In this document: positions 28,110 through 37,135 of the stretch, piece after piece
How positions within the stretch are numbered: position 1 is the first letter of the stretch
Layout of the letters: each line of letters opens with the position of its first letter
Source of the DNA: Acidobacteria bacterium UBA2990
GTDB taxonomy: Bacteria; Acidobacteriota; Vicinamibacteria; Vicinamibacterales; UBA8438
DNA length: 64,000 bases
NCBI GenBank assembly: GCA_002347025.1
Contig: DEAE01000023.1
Location: 174,254-238,253 of the forward strand
Direction of reading: 5' to 3'
The notes under the pieces: generated by a model
Told to the model about the DNA's origin: nothing
The model's database searches: none
The model's input: only the letters and a program-made list of their open reading frames with translations
Program-made: the position numbers and the translations under genes

Positions 28110-29834
28110 TCATTGGACTGGCAGGGCAAAACTGAGGATCAAGTCGCCGCCTCGGCGCCCACGATCACCTCCACCTGAAGCCACCGTCACAAATTCCTGT
28201 CCGTCGACCATGTAGACTGCTGGAGACGCGAAAATCCCAGCGCCGGTGTTGTAGCGCCAGAGTTCTTCACCTGTTCTGGCGTCAAAGGCAAAGAAATAGC
28301 CCGCAGTATTGCTGCCGGTGCCAACAAATACAACACCACCTTTGGTTACGACAGCGCCTGCCTGCCCATAGCCTTCAAAAATCTGTCGCCACACGAGTTC
28401 CCCCGTGGTGGGGTCGTAGGCTGAAAAATAGCCCTTTGGTCCGCGTCCCGAATTAAACGGTTGATCAATTGCGTTGACGTAGAGGAGGCCGGTGTCTGGA
28501 CTGTGAGCAATGGGCCCGTAGCTGGCGCCGCCACCATAGCCTGGCGAAAAGATGACGTCTCTTGTGTTGACCGGGAGCGGTGTGAACTGTGGTAACAGCC
28601 GTTTGCCTGCAGCGTGGTCGGCGGGGATATCGGTGGGGAAGACCGGGGACACCGGCTCCATGCGGTCGCCGTTGGCCTTATGGGGGATCGGCTGGGTAGG
28701 GAAGGGTATCTCACCTTCGCGGTCCGTTGTTGTTGGGACAGGTGTTTCGATAATGGGGTGGACAGGCTCACCGGTCTGTCGATCAAGGATGTAGAGCCAG
28801 CTGTTCTTGTTGGCTTGTGCCAATGCTTTGATTGCTTTCCCGTCTACCTCCATGTCAAACAGGATCGGTTGCTGGCCATTGTCGTAATCCCACACATCAT
28901 GGTGTACCTGCTGGTAATACCATTCCATCTGCCCTGTTTCGAGGGAGAGCGCTACGATGGAATCTGTGAAGAGGTTCGACCCTGCCCGTTTGGTACTATC
29001 CCCGAAAGGGTTCCCGACAGCGGCGTAGAGCAGGCCTAGATCAGGGTCAATCGAAGGAGTTTCCCAGATTCCACCTCCGTTTCGGCCGCCTCCCACCCAA
29101 GTTGGTCCTGCGATATCCCATCCTTGGTCGTTCTCGTCTTGGGGAATCGTGTTGAAGTGCCACAGTACCTGACCGGTAAGGGCGTCAATGGCAAGGACAT
29201 GGCCACCTGGAATCATGCTTTCGCTACGGGTGGAGCCTACGTAAAGAACTCCATCGTGAATCTGGGGGGCACTTGTGAACCAATATCCCATTGAGATTGC
29301 GGTCTCGACCTCGGGATAGCGGAGTCTGAGGACATCAAGAATGGGACTTGCTTGGCCATCCACGCCAAATCCCTCAATTGGTTCACCAGTTTTGGCGTCT
29401 AAGGCGAACATAAAAGATCCAGCTGCACTGTAAACAATGCCGTCGGCGTAGGTTACCCCACGATGTCGGAAGATATACCCCTCGCGCCTGGCCCCGCCGA
29501 GCAGGTCGGTGACGTCATACAGCCAGAGCAGGTGACCATTAGCCGCATCAACGGCATAGACGCTTCCCCGTGAATCAGTAACATACATGACCCCATCGAC
29601 AATCACTGGGGTTGTTTGGTTGCTCACGCCGTCTATCACGCCGTGCTGGAATAGCCAGCGGGGTGTCAGACGATGAGCGTTTTCCGGAGTAATCTGGTCG
29701 GTCTCAGCGAAGCGGCTACCGGCTAGATCAAAATTATGCAGTCGCCAGTCAACGTCTTGTGCTGCGGCATTGGAGACTACGGCGAGGGAGAGTATGAGGC
29801 TGTACCTGTAAGCGAAGTCCCACTTGAAACTCAT
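28110..29834 (-). CDS. PQQ-dependent dehydrogenase (quinoprotein, soluble periplasmic type)
   Basis: ORF track gives 28110..29870. ATG 29834 (MSFKWDF) is preceded by GGAGGA at a 9-nt spacing. Signal peptide ends AAAQD. The quinoprotein N-terminal pattern (W..H..D..GSRF) and VHHDVWDYD block are present. There is no C-terminal cytochrome c domain. Confidence 0.75.
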   Translation of the reverse strand: MSFKWDFAYRYSLILSLAVVSNAAAQDVDWRLHNFDLAGSRFAETDQITPENAHRLTPRWLFQHGVIDGVSNQTTPVIVDGVMYVTDSRGSVYAVDAANGHLLWLYDVTDLLGGARREGYIFRHRGVTYADGIVYSAAGSFMFALDAKTGEPIEGFGVDGQASPILDVLRLRYPEVETAISMGYWFTSAPQIHDGVLYVGSTRSESMIPGGHVLAIDALTGQVLWHFNTIPQDENDQGWDIAGPTWVGGGRNGGGIWETPSIDPDLGLLYAAVGNPFGDSTKRAGSNLFTDSIVALSLETGQMEWYYQQVHHDVWDYDNGQQPILFDMEVDGKAIKALAQANKNSWLYILDRQTGEPVHPIIETPVPTTTDREGEIPFPTQPIPHKANGDRMEPVSPVFPTDIPADHAAGKRLLPQFTPLPVNTRDVIFSPGYGGGASYGPIAHSPDTGLLYVNAIDQPFNSGRGPKGYFSAYDPTTGELVWRQIFEGYGQAGAVVTKGGVVFVGTGSNTAGYFFAFDARTGEELWRYNTGAGIFASPAVYMVDGQEFVTVASGGGDRGRRGGDLILSFALPVQ

Positions 29835-30106
29835 TGACTGTTTCCTCCGACGGAGAACGTTTTTGAACACCGTGCCAGTCTATCCAGAGGTGTGGTTGTT
29901 CGCAAATTGAAAAACAACGACGGGTCTCTGAGATCGGTTCTTCGAGAACCTGGTGACAACGATTGTCCAAAGATTGTAATAGTGAGTCTCTCTCACGCCA
30001 AGAGATTACCGATGTGACGGGGGGGGATGTTGGCGAAATAGGTGTTTAATGCCCTAAAATGGCCTCGATCTAAAGAATTAGTCTTTGGGCGTGGTGAGGA
30101 TACCTT

Positions 30107-31642
30107 ATGCAGATTCGAAATCAACGTAGCTTGAGGATAGCCGGACTCGTCACTGTGTTGGGGATCTCCCTTCCGGGGCTGCCAGAGGCTGGGCAGGGAG
30201 CGGGATCGACGCTTGAGACTTCGACCAGGCAATCTGTGAGAAAGGTATCTGGTGAACTCGTTGAGGCGGTCAAAAGTCAAAGCTACGACAGGCTGCGAGT
30301 GTTGCTCGAAGAGACTGTCGATGTCGACGATGTTCAAGGCGATGGAACAACGGCCTTACATTGGGCGGTTCATCGCAACGACCTGCAGGCCCTCGATCTA
30401 CTCCTTGAAGCTGGTGCAGATGTGAATGCAGCGAACACCCTTGGTGCTACACCGATCTGGCTAGCCTCCATCAATGGCGATCGGTCGGTAGTGTCTCGTT
30501 TGCTCAAAGGTGGTGCTAATCCGAACACCTCACTTTTGATGGGTGAAACCCCGTTAATGTCGGCGGCCAGGTCGGGGGGCATCGATACGGTCAATTTGTT
30601 GCTGAGGTGGGGTGCGGACGTCGACTTAGCTGAATATGAACGGGGGCAAACGGCTTTGATGTGGGCGGCTGCCCAGGGACATGTGGATGTGGTACTCGCA
30701 TTGGTGGCTGGCGGAGCGGATCTCCATGCTCGAACCCGAGTGTGGTATCAACTGGAAAATACAGCAGGGAATACCAACCCCATTGGGAACTTTAGGATGG
30801 CTCATGGTGGGTCCACCGCCCTCCTGTTTGCTGCGCGGAATGGTGATGTTGCGACGGCCCGTAGTCTGATTGAAGCAGGTGCAAACGTTGATGATGTTTC
30901 CGCTTCCGGTACTAGTGCGCTAGTGATTTCTGCACACAGCGGCCACGAGTCTCTCGCTCTTTACCTAGTTAACCAAGGGGCGGATCTCAATGCGAACCTT
31001 GCTGGATATACAGCGTTACATGCTGCGGTTCTGAGGGGGCAGTCCCCGCTGGTTCGCGCCTTGCTTGCAAACGGGGCAGATATCGAAGCGGTTGTCCAAA
31101 AAGGCACACCAGGCCGGCGATTTAGTGCAGATTTCAGCATTCGACATCAGGCTGTAGGCGCTAATGCTTTTTGGTTGGCTGCGAAATATGGAGAATTGGG
31201 AATCTTAGAAATGTTGTTGCAGGGTGGAGCAGATCCGTTTGTGAGGCCTGTAAGTGGGGTGTCATCCTTGCAAGCGGCGATGGGTCGTTCGGCGATTCCC
31301 CAAGAGAACCGGCGGAATCGAGTTGGAGTGCCTCGGCCAGATAGAGGCCTTCATGAAGATTTAGTGCTTCGACTGGCAGAGGTCGTGCTGGATTTGGGTG
31401 TCGATGTCAATGCGGTTGACCAGCGGGGGGACACGGCCCTCCACGATGCTGTTCGTAATGGGTGGGAGTCGGTCGTGAAGCTTTTAGCTGTTCGTGGTGC
31501 TGATTTGGGTGCACGGAATGAGCGCGATCAAACAGCTTTGGCTTTAGCAGAAACACTGCAGCCGGTGCCTGGCACCAACGGGCTTCGCACTACACGGCCG
31601 AAGATTGCTGAAATCCTACGTGGCTTCGGTGCCGAAAACTAA
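30107..31642 (+). CDS. Ankyrin-repeat protein, exported
   Basis: 511-aa ORF. GGTGAGGA RBS. Hydrophobic signal-like N-terminus. Many ANK repeats (GTTALHWAV..LLLEAGADVNA, GETPLMSAAR..LLLRWGADVD, GDTALHDAVR..LLAVRGADL). Collinear with 54291-55787. Confidence 0.8.
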   Translation: MQIRNQRSLRIAGLVTVLGISLPGLPEAGQGAGSTLETSTRQSVRKVSGELVEAVKSQSYDRLRVLLEETVDVDDVQGDGTTALHWAVHRNDLQALDLLLEAGADVNAANTLGATPIWLASINGDRSVVSRLLKGGANPNTSLLMGETPLMSAARSGGIDTVNLLLRWGADVDLAEYERGQTALMWAAAQGHVDVVLALVAGGADLHARTRVWYQLENTAGNTNPIGNFRMAHGGSTALLFAARNGDVATARSLIEAGANVDDVSASGTSALVISAHSGHESLALYLVNQGADLNANLAGYTALHAAVLRGQSPLVRALLANGADIEAVVQKGTPGRRFSADFSIRHQAVGANAFWLAAKYGELGILEMLLQGGADPFVRPVSGVSSLQAAMGRSAIPQENRRNRVGVPRPDRGLHEDLVLRLAEVVLDLGVDVNAVDQRGDTALHDAVRNGWESVVKLLAVRGADLGARNERDQTALALAETLQPVPGTNGLRTTRPKIAEILRGFGAEN

Positions 31643-32045
31643 ATTTTTTTTCAGATGACGCTGGTGCTGTCCTTCCGACTTCCCGATAACCGCGGTATTT
31701 CCGGACAATCTGTAGTTTAGTTCGGTCCCTGGAATTGGTTCGAGCCTGACCAGAATGGTTCGCCTAATCTCGCGAGGCGGTTCATGAGTGGGAGAGTCGG
31801 TCTATAGGTTCGCCTCTTCATCGCCCCTAAGGCTCTGGAGGTGGGAACTCGTAAGCCGAGCAGGGAAGGCGGACCTTTCTGAGGCTGCGGCCTTTATCGA
31901 AGCTGGTGTTGTCAAACGCATTTATTGGTCGACAGACGGGTGTGGCCATCACTATCATTTTTTAGAGAGTCAGGACTGGTTCGCTAGGGTGTGCAATCGC
32001 TGAGTGACCCCGGCACTACGCCTGTTCCGGCGCCTATAATCGGCC

Positions 32046-33698
32046 TTGGAGGTAATGCATATGACAAGCATGCTGTTAGACCGTCGGAGATTCTTGGCCG
32101 GGACGGCTGGAGCGATGGGCGGGTCGATATTCGGGCGGTTACCTCTTGGTGCAATGATGGAACAAGGTGCACCACCGGCACCAGTAGACTGGGACCCGGG
32201 TTCGGTAAGACATTTACTGCCGAGTGCTAGTGACTCTCGCATCTTGGTGAAGGTGTCGTTTGACCACCCTCTTTCTGCAGCTCCGAGTCTACGACTTGAT
32301 ACGAACGAAGTGGTCGGACGCATGAGTGATACAAGGGGTGAGTATTGGCAGTTTGATGCAAGGGGGTTAGATCCTGGGCGGCGTTATGAACTGTCTCTTC
32401 ACAGCGCTGAGGGTGGGGCCCTGTGCGATCCATGGCCCCTTGCAACCTTTCCAGCTCCGAGTGCGGCACCAGATCACTTCCGGGTGCTGTTTTTTAGCTG
32501 TGCGGGTGGGCCCGGTGGGTCCTATTCAGGAATAGGGAACCGTCAAGGATTCCTTCCAACAGCGATTCGCAATCGTTTACTTCGGAGAGCTTTGTCGTTC
32601 GAACCTGATGCTGCGGTTGCCAATGGGGATCATATTTATTGGGATTTGCACACATGGTTGGGTGAGAACGTTGGACATCTTAGCGCTAGTGGTCGCCGTT
32701 CAAATTTTGATTTCTCTGGTTCGGTGTTCGGTTCAAGTAATGAGGTCGCTATGAAAGCTGCGGCCGGCCCCCAGATCGTTCCGGTGTACGGCAGTGATTT
32801 CCGGTCTACACCCGTGTTCTTTCTGCAGGATGACCATGACCATTGGGAGAATGACGCAGTCACGGATGAGATAGCTAGTTTTCCTGTGGCATGGTTCCAG
32901 TTGCAACTTGCCCGTGCCACCCAACAGCTCTACTACCCGGAATTTCTACCAGATGCTCAGCGTCCCATCGGACTGCCGTGGTCGGCAGTGGATGACCGTA
33001 GAGTGTCTGAAAGCTTCGGGACGATTCGGTTCGGACGGTTAGCCGAGATTTTGTTGTACGACGTTCGGCGGACGATGAGTTTGGGCGGGCCGAATGCAGT
33101 ATTCGTCGATTCCCAGGTCGAACGATGGCTTCTTGAGCGGACGCGGGCACCGGAATTAGCTCATGTGGTGCATGCCCCGTCGAATCCGTTTGGTTGGAGC
33201 GCCGGGAAATGGGGAGAGTGGTACCCAGATATCCTCGATAGAGACAGCGGCAGTCTCACAACGGCGGTGGAGAAGCCCTACTGGCAGCAGGGTTGGTTAA
33301 GCCAGCACGACCGATTGGTGCAGGCAATCGGGTCACAACAAAACCGGGTGCCACTCGTGATTAGTGGTGATTTACACGCCATCGGTGTGGGGCGTATGCA
33401 TAGGGCCGGAGTGGTGGATTTGAATACAAGGCCAATCACCACGGTGCTCAGCGGACCCATTGGAACATCGGTGCGAGGGTTCCCGTCGGTTGTGCGAGGA
33501 ATCGGGGCTACACCGCCTGAGCATCTTGATGTTGAGGAGTCGGTTGCACCGATTGAAGAACACGGATTTACTTTGGTTGACTTTCACCCAGAGAGTATTG
33601 GCCTACGCCAGTTCAAGTGGGATGTGAAGTCACAACCTGTTGAGGCGATCGACCAGTTAGAGGCCTTCTACACCACCCAATTGCCACGTCCGTCTTAA
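32046..33698 (+). CDS. Tat-exported PhoD-like metallophosphatase (tentative)
   Basis: 550-aa ORF; the start is possibly ATG 32061. Twin-arginine signal (DRRRFLAGTAGA). Metallophosphoesterase-like blocks NGDHIYWD, FLQDDHDHWEND and ISGDLHAIGVG resemble PhoD-family motifs. The call is by motif only. Confidence 0.5.
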   Translation: MEVMHMTSMLLDRRRFLAGTAGAMGGSIFGRLPLGAMMEQGAPPAPVDWDPGSVRHLLPSASDSRILVKVSFDHPLSAAPSLRLDTNEVVGRMSDTRGEYWQFDARGLDPGRRYELSLHSAEGGALCDPWPLATFPAPSAAPDHFRVLFFSCAGGPGGSYSGIGNRQGFLPTAIRNRLLRRALSFEPDAAVANGDHIYWDLHTWLGENVGHLSASGRRSNFDFSGSVFGSSNEVAMKAAAGPQIVPVYGSDFRSTPVFFLQDDHDHWENDAVTDEIASFPVAWFQLQLARATQQLYYPEFLPDAQRPIGLPWSAVDDRRVSESFGTIRFGRLAEILLYDVRRTMSLGGPNAVFVDSQVERWLLERTRAPELAHVVHAPSNPFGWSAGKWGEWYPDILDRDSGSLTTAVEKPYWQQGWLSQHDRLVQAIGSQQNRVPLVISGDLHAIGVGRMHRAGVVDLNTRPITTVLSGPIGTSVRGFPSVVRGIGATPPEHLDVEESVAPIEEHGFTLVDFHPESIGLRQFKWDVKSQPVEAIDQLEAFYTTQLPRPS

Positions 33699-33787
33699 AT
33701 TGCAACTGGTGGTTCAAGAGGGTTCGATAATTAACCAACGAATCCACTTCTAATGGTGTGGGACTTCGAATTATAAAGGAGGAGCCG

Positions 33788-34789
33788 ATGAGTCAAAATC
33801 GTCGCGAATTTCTTGCGAGCGCCAGTGCTGTAGGAGTGGCTGCAGCAACGGCTCATGCTGCCAGGCTGCGGGGAACTGCGGCTCAGCTAGGAAACTTTGG
33901 TGATATACGAATGGTTCGGACCGATGTTCTGGAGATCGGCTATGAACAGCACGGCAGCGCATCTGGGTTTCCGATTATCTTGCTACATGGATTTCCCTAT
34001 GATGTGCGGTCATGGGATGGGGTAATTCCCCCATTGGCCGCTCGTGATTACCGTGTCGTTGTGCCTTACCTGCGGGGTTACGGTCCGACCCGATTTTTGG
34101 ACACGAATACACCACGTACGGCGGAACAAGCTGCTATCGCCCAGGATGTGATTGATCTTGCCGACGCCCTCGGTCTAGACCAATTTGCCCTAGCTGGATT
34201 TGACTGGGGTAATCGGGCGGCCTGTATTACCTCTATTCTTCATCCCGAGAGGGTTCGGGCGCAGGTAGCGATTGGGGGGTACTCGGTCCAAAATACGGTT
34301 ACTCCCGGGCGACCAGCAGGCGCCGCTAGCGAGGCGCGCCTTTGGTACCAGTGGTATTTCAATACTGAACGAGGCCAAAGGGGCTTAACTACGAATCGGC
34401 ATGACATTGTTCGTTATCTGTGGGAAACGTGGTCCCCTTCTTGGGATTACACGGATGAAGCCTATGGAAAGTCATCTCCGTCATTCGATAATCCGGATTT
34501 TGTCGATGTTGTGATTCATTCCTATCGGCATCGGCACGTAAATGTACCCGGTGAAGAACGATTTCTTGCGATGGAACGGCGACTGGCTCAACGCCCTCCG
34601 ATCGATGTCCCCGCTGTTGTGCTCCGAGGATTAGAGAGTGGCTTCGGCCGGCCGTCGACTGACCCTTCAGGGGATGAAGATCGTTTCAGGCGCCTTGTGG
34701 CACGCCGCCTCGTTGAAGGTGCTGGGCATGATTTGCCGGTGCAGCGACCTGAGACCGTGTCAAATGCACTTTTGGAATTGTTAGGTTAG
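33788..34789 (+). CDS. Tat-exported alpha/beta hydrolase, epoxide-hydrolase-like
   Basis: ORF track gives 33758..34789. ATG 33788 is preceded by AGGAGG. Twin-arginine signal (NRREFLASASA). HGxP oxyanion motif (LLHGFPYD). Asp nucleophile elbow GFDWGN. C-terminal GAGHD. Confidence 0.7.
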   Translation: MSQNRREFLASASAVGVAAATAHAARLRGTAAQLGNFGDIRMVRTDVLEIGYEQHGSASGFPIILLHGFPYDVRSWDGVIPPLAARDYRVVVPYLRGYGPTRFLDTNTPRTAEQAAIAQDVIDLADALGLDQFALAGFDWGNRAACITSILHPERVRAQVAIGGYSVQNTVTPGRPAGAASEARLWYQWYFNTERGQRGLTTNRHDIVRYLWETWSPSWDYTDEAYGKSSPSFDNPDFVDVVIHSYRHRHVNVPGEERFLAMERRLAQRPPIDVPAVVLRGLESGFGRPSTDPSGDEDRFRRLVARRLVEGAGHDLPVQRPETVSNALLELLG

Positions 34790-34809
34790 GGCGAAGGCTA
34801 GGCGTTGGG

Positions 34810-35898
34810 ATGAAGTTAACTTTGAGGAATATTCGTGCTCGACCCGTGCTGTTACCGTTGGAGCGACCGATAGTCGCCAGAATCGCAACCATTAAGGACT
34901 GGCCGTTGATTCTGATTGATCTTGAGACGGAGGAGGGCATCACCGGTCGTAGCTATTTGGAGCCGTACATTCCAAGGACTGTGGAGTATCTGGTGCGTGC
35001 CCTTCATGACTTGGGAGCTTTGTTAAAGGGAACCCAAGTTGCTCCGACTGAGCTGTTTGATTTAGCTCGGAAGTCCCTTCATTTTGTAGGTTACGAGGGT
35101 CTGTCGGCGATTGCGGTCTCAGGGCTGGATATGGCCGCGTGGGATGCCTTGGCGAAGGTGGCCGACCAGCCGCTCTGTGAATTGTTAGGTGGCTCGGTTG
35201 GTGCAGTAAGGGCCTATAACAGTAACGGTCTGTGGTTGCAGGACCCTCCTGTTGTAGCTGATGAGGCGGCTGTGCTTATTGAGGAGGGCCAATTTTCCGG
35301 GCTTAAGCTGCGTCTTGGTCGAGACCGATCGGCAGAAGATCTAGAGACGGTCAGGGCTGTCCGTGACACCGTGGGTGATCACATTCACCTAATGGTGGAT
35401 TTCAATCAAGGCCTTGATTTTGCTGAGGCTCATGAGCGACTTCCTGCTCTTGATGATTTGGGTTTGACCTGGATTGAGGAGCCCCTGGTATACGAAGATC
35501 TTGAGGGCCACAAGAAGCTGGCCGTTGAACTGCGGACCCCGATTCAAATTGGTGAAAATTTCTACGGACCTCAAGCCCTTCACAGAGCTATTGCCGTTGG
35601 TGCTTGCGATTACGTTATGCCTGATTTTATGCGCATCGGTGGAATAACAGGCTGGCAGCGGGCTGCAGCTTTTGCTGGAGTGTTCGGGGTGCCGGTGTCA
35701 ACACATTTGTATCCAGAGGTTGCGGCGCATGTTATGAGGGTTACCGAGACTGCTCACTGGCTGGAATGGCAAAATTGGGCCGATCCAATTTTGCAAAAGC
35801 CCTACGAAATTTCCGGGGGTGAGCTGCACATCCCAGACGTGGCAGGCGTCGGCTTAGACTGGGATGAGGATGCTGTCGATCAGCATCTAATGAGGTGA
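34810..35898 (+). CDS. Mandelate racemase / muconate lactonizing enzyme family (enolase superfamily)
   Basis: 362-aa ORF starting 20 nt after the previous gene. Metal-ligand blocks MVDFNQG, WIEEP and IGENF, plus the N-terminal capping-domain pattern. Confidence 0.8.
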   Translation: MKLTLRNIRARPVLLPLERPIVARIATIKDWPLILIDLETEEGITGRSYLEPYIPRTVEYLVRALHDLGALLKGTQVAPTELFDLARKSLHFVGYEGLSAIAVSGLDMAAWDALAKVADQPLCELLGGSVGAVRAYNSNGLWLQDPPVVADEAAVLIEEGQFSGLKLRLGRDRSAEDLETVRAVRDTVGDHIHLMVDFNQGLDFAEAHERLPALDDLGLTWIEEPLVYEDLEGHKKLAVELRTPIQIGENFYGPQALHRAIAVGACDYVMPDFMRIGGITGWQRAAAFAGVFGVPVSTHLYPEVAAHVMRVTETAHWLEWQNWADPILQKPYEISGGELHIPDVAGVGLDWDEDAVDQHLMR

Positions 35899-36039
35899 CT
35901 TATTAAAAACGATTTCGTCCAGAGCTTGCGTTTGTTGTCAACGAGGTCTACTGTATCTGCTGTGGCAGGACTGAGAAGTCGGCTCGATGTCACTCGGTGT
36001 GGTTGTCCGAGGGCTAGATGTTTCCACTGGGGAGGATAA

Positions 36040-37020
36040 ATGTACAAAAAGTGTCTCATTGTGTGTTTTATGCTAGCGCTAGCTGTATCGGTGCAGGCGC
36101 AGTCCACCGATCGCACCATGCCGATGCGAACGCCAGACGGGCAGCCTGATGTTTCTGGAATTTTTACTTTCCGTACCATCACTCCATTCCAACGGCCCAG
36201 CCAGTTTGCCGAACTGGAAACTTTAGATCCCGAGACTGCTGCAGCATTTGAAGCTTCAGAACGTACTCGACAGAACCGCGATCTTTTCGATCCCGAAAAG
36301 GGTTCTGGTGGCTACGCCCCTCGGTCGGAGGGTGGGGTGTTGTCTTATAACGAATTTTGGTACGAACGAGGTATAGAGCTCACTTCCGACAAACGGACCT
36401 CTTTGATCGTCGATCCTCAGGATGGTCGCTTGCCCGCGCGAACCGAGGAGGCTCAAATGGCGGCTCAAGAGAGAGCGGCCTATCGTCGAGAGCATATGTA
36501 TGACTCCTATGAAAATAGGAGCTCTGGAGATCGCTGCTTGATGGGCTTCAATGCGGGCCCTCCAATGCGGTCCAGTTCATACAATAACAACGTCATGATT
36601 TTTCAGTCGCCGGGTTATGTGACGATTCTTAATGAGATGGTGCACAACGCTAGGGTAATTCCGATTGGGGACAGCTCGGAGCTTCCATTCCCACAGTACA
36701 GCGGTGTGTCGAGAGCCCATTGGGAAGATGAAACGCTTGTTATTGAAACCAGTCAATTCCGAGGAGGAAGTAGTGGTCTGACCTCGACCAGTATGCATCT
36801 AGTCGAACGACTTACGCGCATAGATCCGGACACGGTCGCTTATGAGTACACCGTGACAGACCCTACGGTCTATACCGCGCCTTACACCGTGATGATGCCA
36901 TTTCGCCGAACCGACGGGCCGCTGTTTGAGTATGCTTGTCACGAGGGCAATATTGGCTTACATGGCATTTTGGCCGGTGCACGTAATCTAGAAAATATGG
37001 GCAGAGAATTGCGCCCATGA
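36040..37020 (+). CDS. Exported protein of unrecognised family, paralogue 4 of 4
   Basis: 326-aa ORF. GGGGAGGA RBS. Signal peptide (LALAVSVQAQS). Blocks PDVSGIF, TPFQRP, YNEFW, RTSLIVDP, DRC, WEDETLVIET, VERLTRI and FEYACHEGN. Confidence 0.75.
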   Translation: MYKKCLIVCFMLALAVSVQAQSTDRTMPMRTPDGQPDVSGIFTFRTITPFQRPSQFAELETLDPETAAAFEASERTRQNRDLFDPEKGSGGYAPRSEGGVLSYNEFWYERGIELTSDKRTSLIVDPQDGRLPARTEEAQMAAQERAAYRREHMYDSYENRSSGDRCLMGFNAGPPMRSSSYNNNVMIFQSPGYVTILNEMVHNARVIPIGDSSELPFPQYSGVSRAHWEDETLVIETSQFRGGSSGLTSTSMHLVERLTRIDPDTVAYEYTVTDPTVYTAPYTVMMPFRRTDGPLFEYACHEGNIGLHGILAGARNLENMGRELRP

Positions 37021-37135
37021 AAACTGACTAATGGCTGCCTTCGGGTGGTCACAGCAAAAGGAGCTCCGGCCCCATGCTCGTCGGTGGGGCGGGAGCTTCT
37101 TTTGGTTTTAGGGCGGCAACCACACGAAGGTTTAC

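Noticed and set aside
30019-30026. G8 homopolymer in the divergent promoter region upstream of the ankyrin gene, and a C8/G8 tract at 39615-39622 inside the 5' end of the NHL gene. Both were considered as phase-variation (slipped-strand) switches.
   Set aside because: By my rough estimate a few 8-mer G/C runs are expected by chance in 64 kb at about 50% GC. There is no evidence of length polymorphism from a single sequence. This would only be worth revisiting with population or read-level data.
31622-31651. T8 run immediately after the ankyrin gene stop, considered as an intrinsic terminator
   Set aside because: The only preceding hairpin is 4 bp (TTCG/CGAA). It is separated from the T-run by 7 nt, which is too weak to call.
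31729-31760. tRNA-like T-loop sequence GGTTCGAGCC, considered as a tRNA gene or integrase att-site remnant
   Set aside because: The five bases flanking the putative TTCGAGC loop (ATTGG and CTGAC) do not pair. No acceptor, D or anticodon arms could be built. No integrase is nearby.
31788-32003. 71-aa plus-strand ORF (GTG start) in the spacer upstream of the PhoD-like gene, and a 45-codon ORF at 46851-46988
   Set aside because: No recognisable family, signal or convincing RBS. They are kept as non-coding.
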